From assembly GCF_009834535.1 (NCBI RefSeq), contig NC_045705.1, forward strand, positions 65,472,001 to 65,536,000: DNA of 64,000 nt. Reading direction: 5' to 3'. The notes under the pieces are model-generated. The model saw nothing but the letters and a program-made list of their open reading frames with translations. It was not told the origin of the DNA and ran no database searches. Shown one piece after another: positions 56,755 through 64,000 of the stretch (position 1 is its first letter; every line of letters starts with the position of its first letter). Position numbers and translations under genes: made by a program. This DNA is from Camelus ferus (taxonomy: Eukaryota).

Positions 56755-59734
56755 TTTGTCTATCTTAATGCTGGTTCCACACAGTCTTGATTATTATAGC
56801 TTTGTAGTAAGTTTTGAAGCCAGGAAGTATAAATCATCCAACTTTGTTCTCTTTCTCTCTCTTCTTTCAAGATTGTTTTGACTATTCTGCGTCCCTTGCA
56901 TATCCACATAAATTTTAGGATCACTGTATCAATTTCTGAAATAAAGGAAGTTATGACTTTAATACGGATCGTGTTGAATCTGAAAATCAATTAAGTCTTC
57001 TGATCCATAAACATGGGATGTCTTTCCATTTATTTAGATCCTTAATTTCTTTCAGTATTGTTTTCTAGTTTTTCAGTGTACACATTTTGCATTTTTTTAA
57101 ATTTATTTCTAAATATTTTCATTTTTGATGCCACTGTAAATGGAATTTTCTTAATTTCATTTTTGCATTGTTCATTGCTAGTGTATGAAATACAGTAAAT
57201 TTGTTCATATTGCTCTTACATCCTGCAAATGAGAAAAGAAGTCATTAGTTAGCTCTAAATTTTTTTAGTGGATTCCTTAGGATTGTCTATATACAAGATC
57301 ATGTTACTTACAAATAAAGTTAGCTTTACTTCTTTCTTCTCAGCCTAGAAATCCTTTATTTCTTTTTCTTGGCTAATTACTCTGGTAGAATCTTCAATAC
57401 AACATTGAATAAAAGTGGTGAGAACAGAATCTTTGCTTTGTTCCTGGCCTTAGGGGAAAACATTCAGACTGTCACTATTATGTATGATGGTAGCTGTGAG
57501 TTTTTCAAAATGTCATGTATCTAGTTGAGGAAGTTCTCTTCTATTCCTCATTTGTTGAGTGTTTTTATTATGAAGGATGTAGAATTTTGAAATGCTTTTC
57601 TCTGTGTTCATTGAGATGAACATTTTTCCTCTTTTTAAAATTAATGTGTGTTAAATTGGTTGGCTTTTAATGTTAAACTAACCTTGTATTCCTAGGATAA
57701 TTTCCCCTTGTATAATCCTTTTTATATATTGCCAAATCCAGTTTGTGACTATTTTGTTGAGGGTTTTTTTTGGCAGGGGGATCTATTCATGTCAGGGTAA
57801 TAATGATCTGATAGAATGAGATGGGAAGTATTTTTGGAAATCTTTGTGAAGGTTTTGTACTAACTCTTCTTTAACTGTTTGGTAAGAGTTCACCAGTGAA
57901 GCCATATGGACCTGGGCGTTTCCTTGTGAGATTTTTTTCCAACAGTTAACAGGCTTTTTGGATACAGTTCTAGATTTACAGACTAATACAGCAGATTGGA
58001 CAGAGGTTTCAATGTATCTACCCCCACACCTCCATCCCAGCTCACAGTTTCTTCTATTATTAATATCATGCATTAGTGTAGTATACTTGTTACAACTGAT
58101 GGTCCAATATTGGTATCTTATTATTAACTATAGTCCATAATCTATATTAAGGGAACACAAAGATGCCATAATCTTCAACAAAAATGTACGGCAACCTGGG
58201 TTTTCATTAATGCATAATGTCATGTGTCCACCATTACAGTTTCATACAGAATAGTTTCACCATCCTAAAAGTCCTGTGCTTCACCTGTTCATCCTTCCTC
58301 TGCCTCCCCCAGAACCCCTGGCAACACTGATCTTTTTACTGTCTCTATAGTTTTGCCATATATATATCTGAATCACTTTGCTGTACACCTGAAACTAACG
58401 CAATATTGTAAATTAACTATAGTTCAATTAAAAAATTAACCATCACAATGGCTCATTACTTTTTATCACTGAATAGTATTCTATTTTNNNNNNNNNNNNN
58501 NNNNNNNNNNNNNNNNNNNNNNNNNNNNNNNNNNNNNNNNNNNNNNNNNNNNNNNNNNNNNNNNNNNNNNNNNNNNNNNNNNNNNNNNNNNNNNNNNNNN
58601 NNNNNNNNNNNNNNNNNNNNNNNNNNNNNNNNNNNNNNNNNNGTTCAATTNNNNNNNNNNNNNNNNNNNNNNNNNNNNNNNNNNNNNNNNNNNNNNNNNN
58701 NNNNNNNNNNNNNNNNNNNNNNNNNNNNNNNNNNNNNNNNNNNNNNNNNNNNNNNNNNNNNNNNNNNNNNNNNNNNNNNNNNNNNNNNNNNNNNNNNNNN
58801 NNNNNNNNNNCTATTCTAATAAGTGTATAGTGGTATCTTATTGTTGTTTTAATTTGCATTTCCTTATGACCTATANNNNNNNNNNNNNNNNNNNNNNNNN
58901 NNNNNNNNNNNNNNNNNNNNNNNNNNNNNNNNNNNNNNNNNNNNNNNNNNNNNNNNNNNNNNNNNNNNNNNNNNNNNNNNNNNNNNNNNNNNNNNNNNNN
59001 NNNNNNNNNNNNNNNNNNNNNNNNNNNNNNNNNNNNNNNNNNNNNNNNNNNNNNNNNNNNNNNNNNNNNNNNNNNNNNNNNNNNNNNNNNNNNNNNNNNN
59101 NNNNNNNNNNNNNNNNNNNNNNNTTAATGAAGTCTAGTTTATCGGTTATTTTTTTCATGGGTCATGCCTTGGTGCGGTATTTAAAAAATCATAGCCTTAT
59201 ACTTTAACTAATACAACATTATATGTCACTTATATCTCAATAAAACTGGGAGGAAAAGGTCATGGCCAAACCCAAGGTTATCTAGATTTTCTCCAATGTT
59301 ATCTTCTAGGAGGATTAGTTTTGTGTTTTACATTTAGGACTATGATCCATTTCCAATTAGTTTTTGTGAGGGGTATAAGGTCTATGTCTAGATTGATTTT
59401 TTTTCATGTGGATGTCCAGTTTTCCCAGCACCGTTTGTTGAAAAGACTATCTTTTCTCCACTATATTGCGTTTGCTCCTTTGTCAAAGTTGAGTTTATTT
59501 ATGTGAGTTTATTTTGGGCTCTCTATTCTGTCCCAGTGATCTCTTTTCTGTTCTTTTGCTCATACTACACTGTCTTGATTACTGTAGATTTTTAGTAAGG
59601 TTTGGAATCAGGGAGTGTCAATCCTCCAACTTTGTTCTTCTCCTTCAATATTTTGCTGGCTATTCTGGATCTTTTGCCTCTCCATATGAACTTTATTTAA
59701 TTTTTTTGAGCTTTTTTTCCCCCCTAGTTTTTAT

Positions 59735-59872
59735 TTATTTATTCTTTGGGGTTTTTGGGGGGGGTAATTAGGTTTATTTATTTATTTATTTTAATGGTGG
59801 TACTGGGGATTGAACCCAGGACCTCATAGATGCTAAGCACGTGCTCTACCACTGAGCTATACTGTCCCCCCT
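59735..59872 (-). mobile_element. tRNA-derived SINE (Vic-1-like)
   Basis: GGGGGTAATTAGGTTTATTTATTTATTTA...GGGGATTGAACCCAGGACC...CTACCACTGAGCTATAC. Confidence 0.85.
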
Positions 59873-62800
59873 NNNNNNNNNNNNNNNNNNNNNNNNNNNN
59901 NNNNNNNNNNNNNNNNNNNNNNNNNNNNNNNNNNNNNNNNNNNNNNNNNNNNNNNNNNNNNNNNNNNNNNNNNNNNNNNNNNNNNNNNNNNNNNNNNNNN
60001 NNNNNNNNNNNNNNNNNNNNNNNNNNNNNNNNNNNNNNNNNNNNNNNNNNNNNNNNNNNNNNNNNNNNNNNNNNAATGTAAAGAGTTTAGTGCTTTTAAT
60101 TTCAAATTCCATTTGTTTATTGCTGGTATATAGGAAAGCAGTTGACTTTTGTATATTAACACTGTATCCTGTAAACTTGCTATAATTCCTTGTTAGCTCC
60201 AGAAATATTTTTNNNNNNNNNNNNNNNNNNNNNNNNNNNNNNNNNNNNNNNNNNNNNNNNNNNNNNNNNNNNNNNNNNNNNNNNNNNNNNNNNNNNNNNN
60301 NNNNNNNNNNNNNNNNNNNNNNNNNNNNNNNNNNNNNNNNNNNNNNNNNNNNNNNNNNNNNNNNNNNNNNNNNNNNNNNNNNNNNNNNNNNNNNNNNNNN
60401 NNNNNNNNNNTTGCATTTCTCACGATTATGATGTTGGCTGTAGTGTTTCTTGTAGATATTCTTCATCAAGTTCAAAATGTTTCCTTCTATTCCTAGTTTG
60501 CTGAGAGTTTTGTTTATTTTTTTAAATCATGAGTGGGTGTTGGATTTTGTCAAATGCTTTTTCTATATCTACATGTGATTTTATTTTTAGGCTTGGCTTC
60601 CCAGAAGTTGCCCCTGAGCCAGCAGGGTTGGGAGGGGAGGCGGGGGTGGGGGGTGTATTTTTCAGCTAGTGTTTGGTCAGAGATTGTACTTAAAGGCCCT
60701 GTGTTGGCGAGGCTTCTGCCCTGTGTTGATAGGTCTGTATGTGGCTTGGGGAATGTTTTCAACTGCCCCATGTTCTGCTCTGGTTGCACCTGGGTGGATG
60801 CAGCCTGGAAGGTGGGCACAGCCTTCCCCACCCTCAGGGTAGACTGATGCTAGGAGGGCTCTTCCTGCCTGTCTCTTTCTGTGATTCCTTCTCTTAAATT
60901 CCTGGTTGCCCTGCTGTTCTACATGTTGCTACAAGTATCAAGGAGTAGCCTCTTAATTACTCCCAGTGAAGATACTGTTTTGTTCAATAATGCTAATAGA
61001 CATTGTTTCAAATAAAGTTACTTCCTCCAGGCATGGCTATGGTGTTCTCTATCTTTACAGCCTGCCCTCACCTGGGCAGAACCTCTGACCTTCCTTACAG
61101 AAACTGGTGGTGGGGCAAACAGCCTATTATCCATGGGTGACACCCCTGTTCTACAAGCTGATGGGAGTAGATGGTGGCCCCTGGTCTTCTTGACTTTTTC
61201 CTCCTGGCATAGAATCTCTGTCGTAGGAGAGAGTTGGGCGTAAGCCAGGGGGATCTAGTATTTTAGGCCTGTCAAGCTTCTTGTCTGCAAGTGTGAGTTG
61301 AATGGGGCGGGGGGGGGGGGGGGGGGGGGAAGATGTCCAGTCCTCTTTTGCTGCACCTGCCTGGAATAGAGCTTCCATAATGAGGGGATGAGAAACCTTG
61401 ATGGCCTGCCCACCCTGAAGTGAACACTTAGCTGTACACTGGGAAATGAGAGTGGGAGAGGGAGCCCCCTGTTTTCTTGGCTGCCCAGCCTGGAGTGAAG
61501 CTTCCATAAGACAGAAAGGAGACGGGGAAGAAGGAAAAAGGAGTGGGTGGTGACTCAAATGCCAGACTCTCACTGTTCCTACCAAGACCTCCTTAGTGAA
61601 CGCTTCCGTGTTTGCTGGATATGTCTTTAGGGTGATCTCCAGAATCTAAATAAATTAACTTAAAATTTTTTTTCTAGTTAAATAGTTGTTTCAGTTTCAA
61701 CTGAGCTTCTCACTCTGCCATTCTGAAAACTGATCTTTAGATTTAAAGAACTTCTTGTTCCAATAGTTAGTTTCCTCTCGTCCTTTATTGACTGTATATG
61801 TGTGTTCTCCCTTTTTTCTTAAACAAATAAGCTAGTGGTTTGTCAGTTTGTTAATTTTTTCAAAAATTCAGGTCTAATTTCTGTTCTCTACTGCATTAAT
61901 CTGTTTTCATCTTTATCCTTTTCCTCTTTGTGCTTTCTTTTGGTTTACTTCATTGTTCTTTTTCTGGTTTTCTTAGAGCTGGGAATTAAATTCATTTCTT
62001 GCCATTCTTTTCTTTTTAATGATAAAAGTGTTTAGTGCCATGAATGGTCCTCTAATTTTTTTAAATGTATCTCATAGAGTCTGATACGTAGTATTTCTAT
62101 CATCATTATTTTTTAAACTTTTGTATTCCAGTTTTTCACCTAATTCCTTTTTTGTCTTTGTTAATAAAATCTCATTTTATTACATTGTATGCAGAGAATA
62201 TTGTTTATAATATTTCCATTTTATTCAGCTTACTGATCATTTCTTTGTGACCTAATATATGATTAATTCCTTGTGGATATTTTGTTTCTTTAGATTCATG
62301 GTTGTTTTTTCTCCGGGGGAAGTTTCTTCAGTTGGTAAGTGTTGGGTTTTATTTTCTGATAATTTTTTGGTTTTAATAATAATTCCAAATGGATCTATTA
62401 ACCTTTTTCTTCTTTCTTTTTGTAATATTGGGGTGTTTAAAAGATCCCTAGCTCTATGGCACACACCTATGTCAATATAGCAAAGTCCAGATGCTTTGGT
62501 GGATTTTGTTTATTTGGTGGGGGGGGAGGGGTTTGCATCCTCCAGTGTTTTTATTTCTCTTTTATTTTGCAAAACCCTAAATTTTTCCCTTCAGCTTTTT
62601 CTCCTTCATCACTCAATTGCCCAAGGACTCTTTTGATCATTTGGCTTTTTTTTCCTTTACGAGAACTTACGCATTTTGAAGACAGACCCTTCAAATCCCA
62701 TGTACTTTTAAGTCCCTTTCCTGGAATCTAAACTGATTTCCCAGGATATTTTCCCGTTATTTTCAGACAGCGGAAGGATGTAGTCTTCCTGATGGAGGTT

Positions 62801-63554
62801 CTAGATCGACCTTGGGCCCTCATCCATGGCGCCCCTCTTCTCTCTTCCTCGTTTTTTTTTTTGGCCAAAGCCTGGTGGCAGGGAATGGTGGGGTCACAGA
62901 GCAAAAGGATGGCACCGCGATTTGCTGTGCTTTCTTTTTATTTAGTTATTCTGAAGTTTGGCCGGTCTCTGCTTTCAAGTTATGCTGAGGCTGTGGTTTT
63001 GGCAGTTTTATTTCCCACTCTTGTTCCAATTTGTTTGGGAAGGAAGCACTGGGAGATGGGGACATAGGCAGCCCTCTGGTCCTCAGCTCTCTGGAAGTCT
63101 TTCTGCTTTTCCTTTGTAACTTTAAAAGGCAGAGCTTAGCACATTAGCGCTCATCCTTTATTTTCTAATATATGCATTTGAGGTCATACTTTTCTAAGAA
63201 TTATTAGCTGAATCCTCCAACTAGTTCATTATGACTGCAGGCTAAAACAACACAAATCTATAATCCATTTTCTAATTAACATTGTGATTTTTTTCCCTCG
63301 ACCCAGAAATTTCATAAAATGTTTCTTAATTTCAAAATACGTAGGATTTTTTTTCTATTTAGCTGTTTGTTAGCAACGTTTAACTTAATTGTACTGTGGG
63401 GGAAAAAAAAAAGACTGAATGATTTGCACTTTTTGAAATTAGTTGAGTTGCTACATGATCTAGAATTTGATCTATTTATTGGAAAATGTTCTGCATATGC
63501 CTTTCTGCATTTAGGTGCAGTGCTTCATACTGTCCACTAGGTGAAACTTGTTAA

Positions 63555-63825
63555 CCATATTCTGCAGTGCCTGCTGGTGCCCTTACCTCACTTATAGCCA
63601 ATCAGAAATCTGTTCCTCTGTCCCTTTGTGTTTGAAGCCCCTTCCCCAATAAAAGACCGTGTGTGTTCACACTGGGTGAACACACAGTTCCTCTTGCCTG
63701 TGTGGCCCACTGTAGCCTGTAGCAGTGAACCTATTAAACTTTTCCTTTGTTCTTAAACTATCCCTTGTCTTCGGTAAATTCTTACTAACCCACGTCACCG
63801 GCCTGTCACTAAGTGTCCCCCAACA
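63555..63825 (+). mobile_element. ERV1-type LTR 3' fragment inside an old L1 remnant
   Basis: Ordered motifs: CCAAT box (AGCCAATCAG), TATA-like AATAAAAG, ATTAAA, GGTAAATTCTT...ACCCACG and a terminal CAACA. The 5' boundary and family are uncertain. Confidence 0.5.
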
Positions 63826-64000
63826 TATACTTAATATCTTTTATTTCCTTGCTAATTTTTTTGCCTGCCTGTGCCATCAGATCTACAAATAAGATTGTTA
63901 TTTGTCTGTTTTCCTCCGTGGTTCTCTCCATTGTTGACTTTATTTTTAAGAGTAAATAAATTAAAAATTGCTATATATTTTTAAAATTACTATGTAAGCA

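Larger units (their letters stand above)
55560..60560 (-). mobile_element. Nested L1 fragments of several ages on the minus strand, with SINE insertions and six N blocks
   Basis: L1 ORF2-like peptides at 56760-56990 (IFRFNTIRIK...ILKFMWICKGRRIVKTILK) and about 60075-60212 (KIFLELTRNYSKFTGYSVNIQKSTAFLYTSNKQ); several L1 3'UTR passages. Confidence 0.75.

Noticed and set aside
56760-60475. L1 ORF2-like peptides as an active retrotransposon or domesticated gene
   Set aside because: Short, degenerate, interrupted fragments from different L1 copies.

Overview
This is mammalian genomic DNA, not prokaryotic. It is the conserved gene-dense block matching human 11q13.1: CDCA5 (5' three coding exons, -), ZFPL1 (+), TMEM262/CATSPERH (-), VPS51 (+), TM7SF2 (+), ZNHIT2 (-), FAU (-), MRPL49 (+) and SYVN1/HRD1 (-). 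From about 40.6 kb to the end it is a gene-free stack of L1, L2, MIR, MaLR, ERV and SINE repeats. I walked the exons by hand at GT/AG boundaries and the reading phases close, giving expected protein lengths. The exceptions are three exons partly hidden by N blocks and ZNHIT2, which has one extra base (CDS 1201 nt) that splits it across two frames. A short tRNA-derived SINE family suggests a camelid host (inference). Gene identities come from recalled protein similarity, not a database search. I found no convincing new biological system. The best second-look items are the ZNHIT2 frameshift, a CGG repeat in the CDCA5 leader, three phased TTCTAGAA motifs upstream of CATSPERH, interlocked poly(A) signals, TM7SF2 uORFs, an RPL35A retrocopy in VPS51 and the non-random placement of the N blocks.
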